From Paludibacteraceae bacterium (GTDB lineage Bacteria > Bacteroidota > Bacteroidia > Bacteroidales > Paludibacteraceae), in contig JAKSNP010000006.1 of assembly GCA_024399655.1 (NCBI GenBank), forward strand, positions 6,181-70,180: DNA of 64,000 nt, read 5' to 3'. This document shows positions 7,246-17,258 of the stretch, in pieces (the first letter of the stretch is position 1; every line of letters starts with the position of its first letter). The translations under genes and the position numbers were made by a program. Under the pieces are notes generated by a model. That model did no database searches. It saw only the letters and a program-made list of their open reading frames with translations, and was not told where the DNA came from.

Positions 7246-10077
7246 ATGGCAATAAAACTCATCAAAGCTTGTAAAGAACTCAACATCGGCATGTCCACTG
7301 CCGTTGAATTCTCTAAAAAGCAAGGTCGTGAGATAGCCACCGATCCTAATACGAGGATTGATGACGATCTGTATCTGCTTTTGGCCAAAGAATTCAACAA
7401 GGATATGGCCTTGAAAATGGAAGCAGAACGTATGGCCCAAGAGCGCCAGGAGCGTGAGATTCCAAAAGAACTGAAAATTGACGAGCCGAAAGCTCCGGTA
7501 GAATCCGTACAGGTGGAACAGCCCAAAATCAAAGTGGTTGGTTCGATTGACTTGGACGCAGACAAGAAAGCCAAAGAGGAGGCCGCCCGCAAAGCTAAAG
7601 AAGAGAAAGCTCGTGAAGAAGCCGAGCGTGCTGCTGCTCAAAAAGCGGAGGAAGAACGCAAAGCTGCCGAAGAGCGTCGTGCTCGTGAAGAAGCGGAACG
7701 TGCCGCCGCTATTGCGGCTGAAAAGAAAGCCGCTCATGAAGCTGCCGAACGAGCTCGGAAGGAAGCCGAGCGTATGGCTGCTGCAGCTGCTTCTACTGCC
7801 GCTCCAGCTCCAGCTCCGGAACCGGTTAAAACTCCTATGGAGAAAAAATTGCAGGATAAAGCGTCTGCCGGACTGAAAGTGGTGGGAAAAATCGATCTCT
7901 CAAGTTTGAACCAGGCTACTCATCCCGGAAAAAAATCGAAGGAGGAAAAGAAAAAAGAACGCGAAGCGCGTGAACAACAGCGCCGTAACCAACGTGCTGA
8001 CAATCATGCTAACGAAAATGCCCAAGCTGCAGCTGGATCTGCAGCCGGTGATGGTGAAAAACGCAAACGGGAACGTATACGTCACGACAAAGTGGACATC
8101 AATGACGCACGCAACCAAAAAGGCGGTAAACCTTCAAAGAACAACAAGAAAAACAATATAAGAGTGGAGGTGGATGATGAGGAAGTACAACGCCAAATCA
8201 AAGAGACTCTGAATCGTCTGCAAGGGCAGAAAGGAAAAACGGCCACCTCAAAGCATAAACGTGAGCGTCGCGAATTGGAACGCGAAAAAATGGCAGAAGC
8301 CCGTGCTGAAGAACAGGCACAAAGCAAAGTACTGAAATTGACCGAATTCGTTACGGCCAACGACCTTGCCACAATGATGAATGTACCTGTAACCAAAGTA
8401 ATCGGAACTTGTATGTTGATGGGCGTGATGGTAAGTATCAACCAACGTCTGGATGCTGAAACGATCAATCTGGTGGCTGAAGAATTCGGCTATACTACCG
8501 AATATGTATCCGCTCATGTTACGGAAGAAATCAATGCCGATGAGGAAATCAATGAGGAAGATATGGAGGAACGTTGCCCGATCGTAACGGTTATGGGTCA
8601 CGTAGACCATGGTAAAACCTCACTCCTTGACCATATCCGCAACACCAACGTAATTGCCGGTGAAGCGGGCGGTATTACTCAGCATATTGGTGCCTATAAT
8701 GTTAAATTGAAGAACGGACGTCATATCACTTTCCTGGATACTCCCGGTCACGAAGCTTTTACCGCCATGCGTGCCCGTGGTGCCAAAGTGACGGATATAG
8801 CTATCATTATCGTAGCAGCCGATGATGCCGTTATGCCTCAGACTATAGAAGCTATCAACCACGCTCAAGCTGCAGGTGTTCCGATGATATTCGCCATCAA
8901 CAAGTGCGATAAACCGGGTGCAAATCCCGACAAGATCAAGGAGCAATTGAGCAATATGAACATTCTGATTGAAGAGTGGGGTGGAAAATACCAGAGTCAG
9001 GATATAAGTGCCAAAAAAGGTGACGGCGTATTCGAACTGCTGGAGAAAGTGCTGCTGGAAGCCGATATGCTGGAATTGAAAGCCAATCCTAAACGTCGTG
9101 CTAAAGGTTCGATTATCGAGTCATCATTGGACAAAGGACGTGGCTATGTGGCAACCGTATTGGTTAGTGACGGTACATTGCACATGGGTGATATCGTTCT
9201 GGCCGGAACTTATCACGGCAAAATCAAAGCTATGTTCAACGAACGTGGCCAAAAAATCAAAGAAGCACTTCCCGGCGAACCTTGTATGCTGTTAGGCCTG
9301 AACGGTGCTCCGCAAGCAGGTGACGAATTCAATGTGCTGCCTACCGAACAGGAAGCTCGTGAAATTGCCAACAAGCGCGAACAATTGCAGCGTGAACAAA
9401 GTCTGCGTACCAAGAAACATATCGGTTTGGATGAAATCGGCCGTCGTTTGGCTATCGGCGACTTCAAGGAAATCAACCTGATCGTTAAGGGTGATGTGGA
9501 CGGCTCCGTAGAAGCTTTGAGCGATTCGTTGATCAAGTTGTCTACCGAGAATATTCAAGTGAATGTGATTCATGGAGCTGTAGGTGCCATCTCCGATTCC
9601 GATGTATTGCTGGCCGCTGCATCCAACGCCATTATAGTAGGTTTCAATGTCCGTCCTACGGCTACGGCTCGTAAGATGGCCGAATCCGAAGAAGTGGATA
9701 TTCGTATCTATTCCATCATCTATGATGCTATCGAGGAGTTGAAAGCTGCTATGTCCGGCATGTTGTCACCCGATATCAAGGAAGAAGTGACCGCTACTTT
9801 GGAAATTCTGCAAACATTCCATATTTCGAAAGTGGGAACTATTGCCGGTTGTATCGTTCGTGAAGGAAAAGCCAAACGTGCCAATAAATGCCGCGTAATT
9901 CGTGATGGTATCGTTATCCATACCGGCGAATTGAGCAGTTTGAAACACGGCAAGGACGATATCAAGGAAATAGGTGTCAACCAAGAATGCGGTTTGAGTA
10001 TCAAAGCTTTCAACGATATCGTGGAAGGCGATATGATCGAAACCTTCGAACAGGTGGAAGTGGCCAAGTCATTGTAA
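7246..10077 (+). CDS. infB: Translation initiation factor IF-2
   Basis: 943 aa. K/E/A-rich N-terminal region, then the GTPase motifs [22 protein letters not shown] and NKCD. Confidence 0.95.
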   Translation: MAIKLIKACKELNIGMSTAVEFSKKQGREIATDPNTRIDDDLYLLLAKEFNKDMALKMEAERMAQERQEREIPKELKIDEPKAPVESVQVEQPKIKVVGSIDLDADKKAKEEAARKAKEEKAREEAERAAAQKAEEERKAAEERRAREEAERAAAIAAEKKAAHEAAERARKEAERMAAAAASTAAPAPAPEPVKTPMEKKLQDKASAGLKVVGKIDLSSLNQATHPGKKSKEEKKKEREAREQQRRNQRADNHANENAQAAAGSAAGDGEKRKRERIRHDKVDINDARNQKGGKPSKNNKKNNIRVEVDDEEVQRQIKETLNRLQGQKGKTATSKHKRERRELEREKMAEARAEEQAQSKVLKLTEFVTANDLATMMNVPVTKVIGTCMLMGVMVSINQRLDAETINLVAEEFGYTTEYVSAHVTEEINADEEINEEDMEERCPIVTVMGHVDHGKTSLLDHIRNTNVIAGEAGGITQHIGAYNVKLKNGRHITFLDTPGHEAFTAMRARGAKVTDIAIIIVAADDAVMPQTIEAINHAQAAGVPMIFAINKCDKPGANPDKIKEQLSNMNILIEEWGGKYQSQDISAKKGDGVFELLEKVLLEADMLELKANPKRRAKGSIIESSLDKGRGYVATVLVSDGTLHMGDIVLAGTYHGKIKAMFNERGQKIKEALPGEPCMLLGLNGAPQAGDEFNVLPTEQEAREIANKREQLQREQSLRTKKHIGLDEIGRRLAIGDFKEINLIVKGDVDGSVEALSDSLIKLSTENIQVNVIHGAVGAISDSDVLLAAASNAIIVGFNVRPTATARKMAESEEVDIRIYSIIYDAIEELKAAMSGMLSPDIKEEVTATLEILQTFHISKVGTIAGCIVREGKAKRANKCRVIRDGIVIHTGELSSLKHGKDDIKEIGVNQECGLSIKAFNDIVEGDMIETFEQVEVAKSL

Positions 10078-10102
10078 TTGCGTAAATATAATATATATAA
10101 TT

Positions 10103-10759
10103 ATGAAAAAATCAATTTATTATCTTTCCTTGATGATGGTTCTTGCATTGACTTCATGTGAAAATGAAGTCAAAGAACCTAAGCTTCCAAATGAAAACGC
10201 CAATATTCCATACTTATCAGTATCGGACTTATTGCCATTATTTCATATCTCTGTTTCTGAGGCTCAGAATATCTTGAAAAATATGGGTTATGCTCTATTT
10301 GAGGATGATTCAACTTCAGGCGGATATGGGTATAAATCGATATCTTCTGATAATGAAGTAATTGCAATAATGTGGGATATAAATGATTCCACAAAGACTA
10401 CTAACTATGTCTTTTATAATGGATATAATAAAGGAATGAATGTTTTAGAAGCAAAAGAATGGTATAATCAAATAGGTGAACGATACGAAATAGGAGAAAC
10501 TACGATGCAGTTTTGCAATGCGCATTTTGTTAATTCTTCTTCTATGACTACTTCCTATGCTGATTTCTTACGAATGTTTGATAATGAAGCTGATTTCCAA
10601 ACGCAAAATTTAAATGCACTTTGGGTAGACACCCAATCCCAATATTGGGCGGGGCAGGATATAGGAATAGGTGATATTATGTTTGATGTTACTTATCAAT
10701 ATGGTGATGGAATTAATTCAACGGATGGGGTTGCCGTATTTATATCTAATGTGAGATAA
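10103..10759 (+). CDS. Hypothetical lipoprotein (AT-rich gene)
   Basis: 218 aa. Signal peptide plus lipobox (MMVLALTSC). I recognise no family. The gene and its flank are visibly more A+T-rich than neighbouring genes. Confidence 0.6.
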   Translation: MKKSIYYLSLMMVLALTSCENEVKEPKLPNENANIPYLSVSDLLPLFHISVSEAQNILKNMGYALFEDDSTSGGYGYKSISSDNEVIAIMWDINDSTKTTNYVFYNGYNKGMNVLEAKEWYNQIGERYEIGETTMQFCNAHFVNSSSMTTSYADFLRMFDNEADFQTQNLNALWVDTQSQYWAGQDIGIGDIMFDVTYQYGDGINSTDGVAVFISNVR

Positions 10760-10784
10760 ATATTTTTTTTTTATTTCAATAATT

Positions 10785-10826
10785 AAAATCAGCTCTGCAA
10801 TATAAGTTGTTGAGCTGATTTTATAT
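10785..10826 (+). terminator. Rho-independent terminator after the lipoprotein gene
   Basis: AAAATCAGCTC ... GAGCTGATTTT stem followed by a T-rich run. Confidence 0.6.
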
Positions 10827-10980
10827 ATTCGTTTATGCATTTTGTCGAATTCTCAAAGAAAGGCTATAAATGTTTTAAAATGCTCGTTAGATAAATGAAA
10901 AAGTATAAAATTTATCATTAGTATGGGTCCAGAAAAATTACAGCAAAAGAATTATCTGTTTTTGATTTTGTAATTTTAAT

Positions 10981-11045
10981 ATAAATAAAATATCCCTCAC
11001 TAAGAGAGATTTTTTTTACAAAATCTAGCACTCAATGAGGGATAT
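10981..11045 (-). terminator. Putative groEL terminator (long-loop hairpin)
   Basis: On the minus strand: ATATCCCTCA ... TGAGGGATAT (10-bp stem) with inner AGATTTT/AAAATCT pairing, followed by TTTTATTTAT. Confidence 0.45.
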
Positions 11046-11065
11046 TTCTGTGTATTCTTGTTCTC

Positions 11066-12688
11066 TTACATCATACCGGGATTGGGCATAGCGGGAGCAG
11101 CAGGAGTTTCTTCCTTAATGTCGGTAATGACGCATTCGGTAGTAAGGAACATGCCGGCGATAGAAGCAGCATTTTCAAGAGCAACGCGTGTTACTTTTGC
11201 GGGATCCACCACGCCAGCTTTCTTCATTTTTTCGAAAGTGTCCTTGCGGGCATTGTAACCGTAGTCACCTTTACCGTTGCGAACTTTGTCAACCACCACA
11301 GCACCTTCTTTACCGGCGTTCTTGACAATTTGGCGGAGCGGTTCTTCGATGGCGCGACGGATGATTTCGATACCGGTCTGTTCGTCTTCGTTTTCACCTT
11401 TCAGTCCGACGAGTGCTTCTTGCGCACGAATATAAGCAACACCACCACCGGGAACGATACCTTCTTCGATAGCTGCGCGCGTAGCGGAGAGTGCGTCATC
11501 CACGCGGTCTTTCTTCTCTTTCATTTCCACTTCGGAAGCGGCACCCACGTTGAGCTGAGCAACGCCACCGGCCAATTTGGCGAGACGCTCCTGAAGTTTC
11601 TCTTTGTCGTATTGTGATTTGGTAGCAACGATTTGGCTCTTGATTTGAGCAATACGAGCAGCGATGGCTTCTTTGTCGCCTGCACCGTTGACGATAGTTG
11701 TGTTATCTTTGGCAACGGTAACATTTTCGGCAGTACCGAGCATGTCGATAGTAGCGTTTTCGAGTTGGATGCCTCTTTCTTCGCTGATAACGGTACCACC
11801 GGTAAGGATAGCGATATCTTCCAACATTTCTTTGCGGCGGTCACCGAATCCGGGAGCTTTGACAGCGCAGATCTTGAGTTGCGCGCGAAGACGATTGACA
11901 ACGAGCGTGGTAAGAGCTTCGCTATCCACGTCTTCAGCAATAATCAGCAAAGGACGACCGGATTGAACGGCAGGTTCAAGAACGGGAAGCAGTTCTTTGA
12001 GGTTGCTGATTTTCTTATCGTGGATAAGGATATAAGGCTTGTCCATTTCCACTTCCATGGTTTCGGTATTGGTAACGAAGTAGGGGCTGATATAACCACG
12101 GTCGAACTGCATACCTTGTACCACGTCGATAGTGGTGTCCATACCTTTGGCTTCTCCGATGGTGATCACACCGTCTTTGCTGACTTTGCGCATAGCGTCA
12201 GCAATCAGTTTACCGATAGTAGCATCGTTGTTAGCAGAAACGGTGGCCACTTGTTCAATTTTGTCGAAATCGTTTCCGACCACTTCGCTTTGCTCTTTGA
12301 TGCTCTTAACAACAGCAGCAACGGCCTTGTCGATACCGCGTTTGAGGTCCATAGGATTGGCTCCTGCGGTAACGTTTTTGAGTCCGACACCCACGATAGC
12401 CTGTGCCAGAACCGTAGCTGTAGTGGTACCGTCACCAGCTTGGTCACCGGTTTTGCTGGCCACTTCTTTGACGAGTTGTGCGCCGAGGTTTTCGCGAGCG
12501 TCTGGCAACTCGATTTCTTTAGCCACGGTAACACCGTCTTTGGTGATATGAGGAGCGCCGTATTTGCGGTCGATAATCACATTTCGGCCTTTAGGCCCAA
12601 GGGTAACTTTAACGGCATCAGCCAGTTGGTCAACACCACGTTTGAGGGCGTCACGTGCCTCGATATTGTAAATAAGTTCTTTTGCCAT
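11066..12688 (-). CDS. groL: Chaperonin GroEL
   Basis: 540 aa. [37 protein letters not shown]..., [11 protein letters not shown]-terminal PGMM tail. Confidence 0.97.
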   Translation of the reverse strand: MAKELIYNIEARDALKRGVDQLADAVKVTLGPKGRNVIIDRKYGAPHITKDGVTVAKEIELPDARENLGAQLVKEVASKTGDQAGDGTTTATVLAQAIVGVGLKNVTAGANPMDLKRGIDKAVAAVVKSIKEQSEVVGNDFDKIEQVATVSANNDATIGKLIADAMRKVSKDGVITIGEAKGMDTTIDVVQGMQFDRGYISPYFVTNTETMEVEMDKPYILIHDKKISNLKELLPVLEPAVQSGRPLLIIAEDVDSEALTTLVVNRLRAQLKICAVKAPGFGDRRKEMLEDIAILTGGTVISEERGIQLENATIDMLGTAENVTVAKDNTTIVNGAGDKEAIAARIAQIKSQIVATKSQYDKEKLQERLAKLAGGVAQLNVGAASEVEMKEKKDRVDDALSATRAAIEEGIVPGGGVAYIRAQEALVGLKGENEDEQTGIEIIRRAIEEPLRQIVKNAGKEGAVVVDKVRNGKGDYGYNARKDTFEKMKKAGVVDPAKVTRVALENAASIAGMFLTTECVITDIKEETPAAPAMPNPGMM

Positions 12689-12735
12689 AATTCAGAATGT
12701 TTAGTTTAGTGAATAATAAATGTGTGTTTTTCCGT

Positions 12736-13011
12736 TCAGGCGAGTGTAGCCATTACATCGGATTGGCGCATAATGAGAAGTTTTTCGCCGTCCAATTCGA
12801 TTTCGGTTCCCGAATATTTGCCGTAAAGAACAACGTCTCCGGCTTTGAGGACCATTTGCTCGTCTTTAGTTCCTTGACCGACAGCGAGCACTTCTCCACG
12901 AAGGGGTTTTTCTTTTGCGTTGTCGGGAATGATGATACCAGAAGCGGTTTTGGTTTCAGCAGCTACCGGTCTAACCAGTACGCGATCTGCTAAAGGTTTG
13001 ATGTTTGTCAT
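12736..13011 (-). CDS. groS: Co-chaperonin GroES
   Basis: 91 aa. [27 protein letters not shown]..., directly upstream of groEL. Confidence 0.95.
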   Translation of the reverse strand: MTNIKPLADRVLVRPVAAETKTASGIIIPDNAKEKPLRGEVLAVGQGTKDEQMVLKAGDVVLYGKYSGTEIELDGEKLLIMRQSDVMATLA

Positions 13012-13229
13012 ATTTTTAGAGTTTTAGATTATACAATCGTAAGCGAATTATTATAGTCAAAGTTTGTGCCAAAGTGATAAAGAGGGATTTATTCTGCCAA
13101 ACTTGGTGAATGACGGCAACAGAGCAGGATGTATACTGCCATATTGTCAGTATGGCTGCCAAATTAGTCTTGCTTTGGCCATTTTTCTTATCTTGGATAA
13201 GATGCGCGCGATGAACGCAAATGCGAATG

Positions 13230-13261
13230 CAAAGGTACAACAAAAAAATGAAATATGCAAA
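13230..13261 (-). promoter_or_regulatory. Bacteroidota-type promoter of groES-groEL
   Basis: On the minus strand: TTTGCAT (-33, TTTG = 13258-13261) and TACCTTTG (13230-13237), 20-nt spacer. This implies a 5' UTR of roughly 210 nt. Confidence 0.55.
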
Positions 13262-13664
13262 TATTGTTTTGAAATATATAGATTCAATTGAAGGGCATGA
13301 GATTGTAATTGTTTGTCGGTTGATTGTAGTTGGCCAGGTTTCTTACGCGCGTGTGTATATACGCGAACATATAATATATGTTTTTTGGAACTGAGTATAA
13401 GTTATTCCGGATATTCTTTCTCCAATGGCGATCTCAGGCTATGGTAAACCTTAAATTTGTGAAAAGGTTGAAAAACGGTACGAACAACTGTAGTCATACT
13501 GTCGGTCTACTCTCGGTTAGGTCTCGACAAAGTATGGCAAAAGTGAAATTGGCAAAAGGTAGAATTGGGTTCGGAAGCGTGGAATTTCGTTGTCAACAAG
13601 AAAATTAAGATGTAAAGAAAAAAAAACAAAACGAAGGTCAAAAAGTTAATTTTGTTGGAAAAAA

Positions 13665-13696
13665 TTTGGCCAATTCAAAAAAAATCCGTACTTTTG
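13665..13696 (+). promoter_or_regulatory. Bacteroidota-type promoter of the OmpA-family gene
   Basis: TTTG at 13665-13668 and TACTTTTG at 13689-13696, 20-nt spacer. Confidence 0.6.
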
Positions 13697-13726
13697 CAGA
13701 CTTGAAAAATATCAAAATCACCAGAT

Positions 13727-15163
13727 ATGAAAAAATCATTTTTTATCGTGTTGTGTATGTGTGTCGGTTTGGTAAATGCCGATGCTCAGTTCTTAAACCG
13801 TTTGGTACGTGCGGCCGGTAATGCTGCGGAGAATGCGGTTCAGCGAAATGTGGAGAAAAAGATAGAAGAGGGAGTGGATCAGGCTTTTGACGGCGAGCAG
13901 AATGAAAAGTCGAATGATAACGAGTCGTCGAAACAGAAGTCCAACAAGTCGAAGGACAGCAATAGTAGCGGTTGGACATGCCCTTCTTGCGGTACGAGCG
14001 GGAATACAGGCAAGTTCTGCAGCGAATGCGGAGCCAAGCAGCCCGAACCGTCAGACGGCACCTGGACCTGCCCCTCTTGCGGAACGAAAGGCAATACGGG
14101 TAAATTCTGCAACGAGTGCGGCGCAAAACGTCCTGACGGCAATTCCGCAGCATCTGCTCAGCCAAAGAAAGTGGAAACGGCCTATTCCAAATGCGACTTT
14201 GTTCCCGGTGACGAGGTCATCTTCGACGACGATTTTGCCAACGAACAATTAGGAGAATTCTCCAGCAAGTGGGATTTGCTTGGAGGCAATTCCGAAGTGG
14301 TGAAGCATGATGGGAGAATGGCTGTCGGTTTTGAAAGCAGTTCTACAGAAATTGCACCCTTGATGAAAGATCCAAAGAATTATCTCACCAGCGAGTTCAC
14401 GATAGAATTTGATTTCTTTGCGGGCGATAACTCAACAATAGGAGAAAATCTGTACTCCCGTTCTGATTATACTTTAATTTTTTACGACTTGGAAGGGTAT
14501 AAAGTACTTGAATATGCAATTACCGCAGGCGATGATACAAAAACGTACTGGTATTATACGTCAATAACTGACAATGGTATTTCTTCCAGTTTTGAAACTG
14601 ATAAGTTGCTGCGCCCAAACGAATGGAATCATTTTTCTCTGTCGTTCAACAAACGCGCTTTGAAGGCTTATGTCAACGGGACACGCGTGACCAATATTCC
14701 AAATATGAAAGCTCCGGCATATATGGCAATCAGTAGTCGCTCGTGGCAGGACCATGGTGCAGATTATATGACGAATTTCCGTATCGCCAAAGGTGCAGTA
14801 CCTCTCTATGACCGTTTGACTACTGACGGCAAGATTATTACCTACGCCATCACCTTCGAGACCGGCAAGGCCGAATTGAAACCGGAATCGCAGGTGGAGA
14901 TCATGCGCATCACCAAACTGATGCAGGATGATGCGTCTCTTAATTTTGAAGTACAAGGCCATTGTGACAATACCGGAAACGACAAAGTGAACGATGCGTT
15001 GAGCCAGAAACGTGCAGAAGCTATCGTGGCAGCTTTGGTGGAGCAGGGTATCGCAGCCAGTCGTTTGACAGCAGTAGGAAAAGGCAGTCATAGCCCGATA
15101 GCCGACAATTCGACGGACGAAGGCAGAGCCAAGAACCGCCGTGTGGAATTTGTAAAGAAATAA
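13727..15163 (+). CDS. Exported OmpA-family protein with two tandem zinc-ribbon modules
   Basis: Signal peptide MKKSFFIVLCMCVGLVNADAQ. It has two copies of WTCPSCGT.GNTGKFC.ECGAK. The C-terminal OmpA-like peptidoglycan-binding domain reads FETGKAELKPES...LSQKRAEAIV...NRRVEFV. Confidence 0.8.
   Translation: MKKSFFIVLCMCVGLVNADAQFLNRLVRAAGNAAENAVQRNVEKKIEEGVDQAFDGEQNEKSNDNESSKQKSNKSKDSNSSGWTCPSCGTSGNTGKFCSECGAKQPEPSDGTWTCPSCGTKGNTGKFCNECGAKRPDGNSAASAQPKKVETAYSKCDFVPGDEVIFDDDFANEQLGEFSSKWDLLGGNSEVVKHDGRMAVGFESSSTEIAPLMKDPKNYLTSEFTIEFDFFAGDNSTIGENLYSRSDYTLIFYDLEGYKVLEYAITAGDDTKTYWYYTSITDNGISSSFETDKLLRPNEWNHFSLSFNKRALKAYVNGTRVTNIPNMKAPAYMAISSRSWQDHGADYMTNFRIAKGAVPLYDRLTTDGKIITYAITFETGKAELKPESQVEIMRITKLMQDDASLNFEVQGHCDNTGNDKVNDALSQKRAEAIVAALVEQGIAASRLTAVGKGSHSPIADNSTDEGRAKNRRVEFVKK
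13973..14140 (+). repeat. Internal tandem duplication (90-nt / 30-codon period) encoding the two zinc ribbons
   Basis: TGGACATGCCCTTCTTGCGG... at 13973 and TGGACCTGCCCCTCTTGCGG... at 14063, both in frame. Confidence 0.85.
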
Positions 15164-15197
15164 GATATTTTGGTATATTCACTATAAAAAAGAAGAT

Positions 15198-16289
15198 ATG
15201 AAGAAACTGTATTTAGCGGTTGTTGCCATGTTACCATTATTGGCAATGGCAGCGGATTATTCTACCATTTATAATCAATGTCCGCAAGTGACCGGCGCAC
15301 AAATGCTTGATGCCGCTTTTGTGGAAAAATCACTTAATCTGTACAAACAACTCGAGGCACAAAACGAGGCGGAATATCAACGCATAAACGCCTCTTTATC
15401 CGCCGTTCAATCAGCTCCGAGACCCAAACAGCCACAAATGTCAGCCAGCCAAAAACAAGCCACGATGGCAGCCGGCAAAGATATGATGGCCGCTTTACAG
15501 GCAGCCGGTATCACACCAGACAAACTGGCACAAATGTCGGAAGAGGAAATTATGGCAATTGCCATGTCAGTCGTAGCTCAAAAATCCGGACTGACCACCG
15601 AAGAAATGCAAGCTATGGCAGGTATGAGCGACAAGCAGGCCGAAGCATACGTCAAGGGAAACAAGGACCGCATGAACCGTATGCAGAATTCGGATTTTGC
15701 TCAATATGGTATTCAAGAAATGGATGGCCCATCGGTAAATGAAGCTGATTATGATAAATGGCAACGCATCCAACAATTGATAGAGCAGATCCAAATCTCT
15801 TATAATGAACGCGAAATAATGGTGTTGGAGGGGCAATTGAATGAGTTTCATAGCAAGGAATTGGAGCAATATAGGCCTTATGAGGATCGTGTGTCGGTTA
15901 TCGAACATGAATTATACGGCAAAGTTGACGCAATTTCCCAAGGGACTGCCATCAAGACCCCCGCTTTCGCACAATCCTATTTTGACCGTATGAATGCTGT
16001 TGCCGATGAATATAATCGTATGGCTATTCCGCAATGGGACAAATTGTTTACTGCTACTCTTGCCAAACTGCGGAGTGACTTGCAGAAAAACCTGCCTATC
16101 TATATGGAAAGCATGGATCTCTACAACAGCATTACTGACCCGTATGTAAAATCGATGGCAGCTCCGCTAGTGGCGAATCCCGCTGTTTACAGACTCCTTA
16201 TGCAGTATATCGATCTTCAGACTAAACGCCTTGAAGGCAGACCTTATTACCATTATTCAGTTCCAGAAATGATGGGCGGAATGGGATAA
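15198..16289 (+). CDS. Hypothetical secreted protein (Met/Gln-rich, helical)
   Basis: 363 aa with signal peptide MKKLYLAVVAMLPLLAMAA. It starts 34 nt after the OmpA-family gene on the same strand. No recognised domain. Confidence 0.6.
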   Translation: MKKLYLAVVAMLPLLAMAADYSTIYNQCPQVTGAQMLDAAFVEKSLNLYKQLEAQNEAEYQRINASLSAVQSAPRPKQPQMSASQKQATMAAGKDMMAALQAAGITPDKLAQMSEEEIMAIAMSVVAQKSGLTTEEMQAMAGMSDKQAEAYVKGNKDRMNRMQNSDFAQYGIQEMDGPSVNEADYDKWQRIQQLIEQIQISYNEREIMVLEGQLNEFHSKELEQYRPYEDRVSVIEHELYGKVDAISQGTAIKTPAFAQSYFDRMNAVADEYNRMAIPQWDKLFTATLAKLRSDLQKNLPIYMESMDLYNSITDPYVKSMAAPLVANPAVYRLLMQYIDLQTKRLEGRPYYHYSVPEMMGGMG

Positions 16290-16311
16290 TCGGTAGGAAA
16301 AAAAAGAGCAG

Positions 16312-16355
16312 GAGACGGATATCCGGCGAAAGCCAGGTATCCGTTTCTCTTTTTG
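16312..16355 (+). terminator. Rho-independent terminator
   Basis: GAGACGGATATCCGG-CGAAAG-CCAGGTATCCGTTTCTC imperfect stem followed by TTTTT. Confidence 0.55.
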
Positions 16356-16434
16356 TGAAGGGTGCGCAGAAAAATAGTTCAAAAGAAGAAAAAATGTGTG
16401 TTTTTTAGAAAAAATGCAAAAAAAAGCAGAAATA

Positions 16435-16466
16435 TTTGGTGGAATGAAAAAAAAGTAGTAATTTTG
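16435..16466 (+). promoter_or_regulatory. Bacteroidota-type promoter of rpmB-rpmG-DUF4295
   Basis: TTTG at 16435-16438 and TAATTTTG at 16459-16466, 20-nt spacer. Confidence 0.6.
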
Positions 16467-16548
16467 CACGATTTTTCGCGTGGAGTAGGCCGTAATAGGC
16501 CCTAATTGCGCGTGTAAAGGCTTGAAAATGAATTAAATATAAAATAAA

Positions 16549-16785
16549 ATGTCAAAGATTTGTCAAATTACCGGCAAGAAAGCCATGATGGGATGCAATG
16601 TCTCGCACTCGAAGCGCCATACCAAGCGTAGTTTCGATGTGAACTTGTTCCACAAAAAGTTCTACTGGGTAGAACAAGATTGTTGGATTCAGCTGAACGT
16701 GAGTGCAGCTGGTCTGCGTACTATTAACAAGATCGGTTTGGATGCTGCATTGAAGCAGGCCGCCGAAAAGGGTTACCTTGAATAA
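16549..16785 (+). CDS. rpmB: 50S ribosomal protein L28
   Basis: 78 aa. [29 protein letters not shown]... Confidence 0.95.
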   Translation: MSKICQITGKKAMMGCNVSHSKRHTKRSFDVNLFHKKFYWVEQDCWIQLNVSAAGLRTINKIGLDAALKQAAEKGYLE

Positions 16786-16801
16786 TTAGGAGGAGAAGAT
16801 T

Positions 16802-16990
16802 ATGGCAAAGAAAACGAAAGAAGCTCGTGTACAAGTTATTCTTGAATGCACGGAAATGAAGGCCAGCGGTCTTCCCGGCACTTCTCGTTACATTACGACG
16901 AAGAACCGTAAGAACACTCCTGATCGTCTGGAGCTCATGAAGTATAATCCCATTTTGAAGAAGTATACTCTTCATAAAGAGATTAAGTAA
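16802..16990 (+). CDS. rpmG: 50S ribosomal protein L33
   Basis: 62 aa. [18 protein letters not shown]...[22 protein letters not shown]... Confidence 0.95.
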   Translation: MAKKTKEARVQVILECTEMKASGLPGTSRYITTKNRKNTPDRLELMKYNPILKKYTLHKEIK

Positions 16991-17018
16991 TTAACCCCTT
17001 AGCTGAAAGGAATACACT

Positions 17019-17171
17019 ATGGCAAAGAAAGCGGTTGCAACCCTGCATACTGGAAACGCCGGTCGTACTCACACCAAATGCATCAAGATGGTGAAGAGCC
17101 CGAAAACCGGAGCCTATTTCTTCCAAGAGGAAGTAGTGGAGAACGAAAAAGTGACTGAGTTCTTCAAATAA
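17019..17171 (+). CDS. Small DUF4295-like protein (50 aa), below the ORF-track length cutoff
   Basis: ATG at 17019 and TAA at 17169-17171. It translates as MAKKAVATLHTGNAGRTHTKCIKMVKSPKTGAYFFQEEVVENEKVTEFFK. A conserved small gene follows rpmB-rpmG in Bacteroidota, and a terminator follows this one. Confidence 0.7.
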   Translation: MAKKAVATLHTGNAGRTHTKCIKMVKSPKTGAYFFQEEVVENEKVTEFFK

Positions 17172-17211
17172 TCGATCCCGTAAAAGTATAAAAATAGTAC
17201 TGGAAATATGA

Positions 17212-17246
17212 AAAAATGCACATTTATTTGCAGATGTGCATTTTTT
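17212..17246 (+). terminator. Rho-independent terminator of the rpmB operon
   Basis: ATGCACAT-TTATTTGCAG-ATGTGCAT stem flanked by an A-run and a T-run. Confidence 0.7.
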
Positions 17247-17258
17247 GTTGTACCTTTG
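17227..17258 (+). promoter_or_regulatory. Bacteroidota-type promoter of the lipid kinase / MurU-like pair
   Basis: TTTG at 17227-17230 (inside the terminator loop) and TACCTTTG at 17251-17258, 20-nt spacer. Confidence 0.55.

Noticed and set aside
7206-7876. Overlapping ORFs on both strands in the 5' part of infB
   Set aside because: They are produced by the repetitive GAA/GCN/AAA-rich sequence encoding the K/E/A-rich IF-2 N-terminal region, and are low-complexity artefacts.
11018-11040. CTAGCACTC, resembling a CIRCE (HrcA operator) half-site
   Set aside because: It lies downstream of groEL, not in the groES leader, and it has no properly spaced GAGTGCTAA partner. It forms part of the terminator hairpin loop instead.
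11633-12709. 358-aa plus-strand ORF opposite groEL
   Set aside because: It is a classic antisense open frame opposite a highly expressed, codon-biased gene, and groEL identity on the minus strand is unambiguous. The same reasoning applies to these shadow ORFs: 47540..48349, 48729..49469, 50345..51148, 51188..51859, 53242..53652, 54631..55209, 57722..58474, 59388..60131, 60346..61074 and 62311..62862.
13378-13608. 76-aa ORF in the groES / OmpA-gene spacer
   Set aside because: It has no promoter or RBS-like context, its composition is not coding-like, and it has no recognisable motif. I left the region as unexplained non-coding (see finding).
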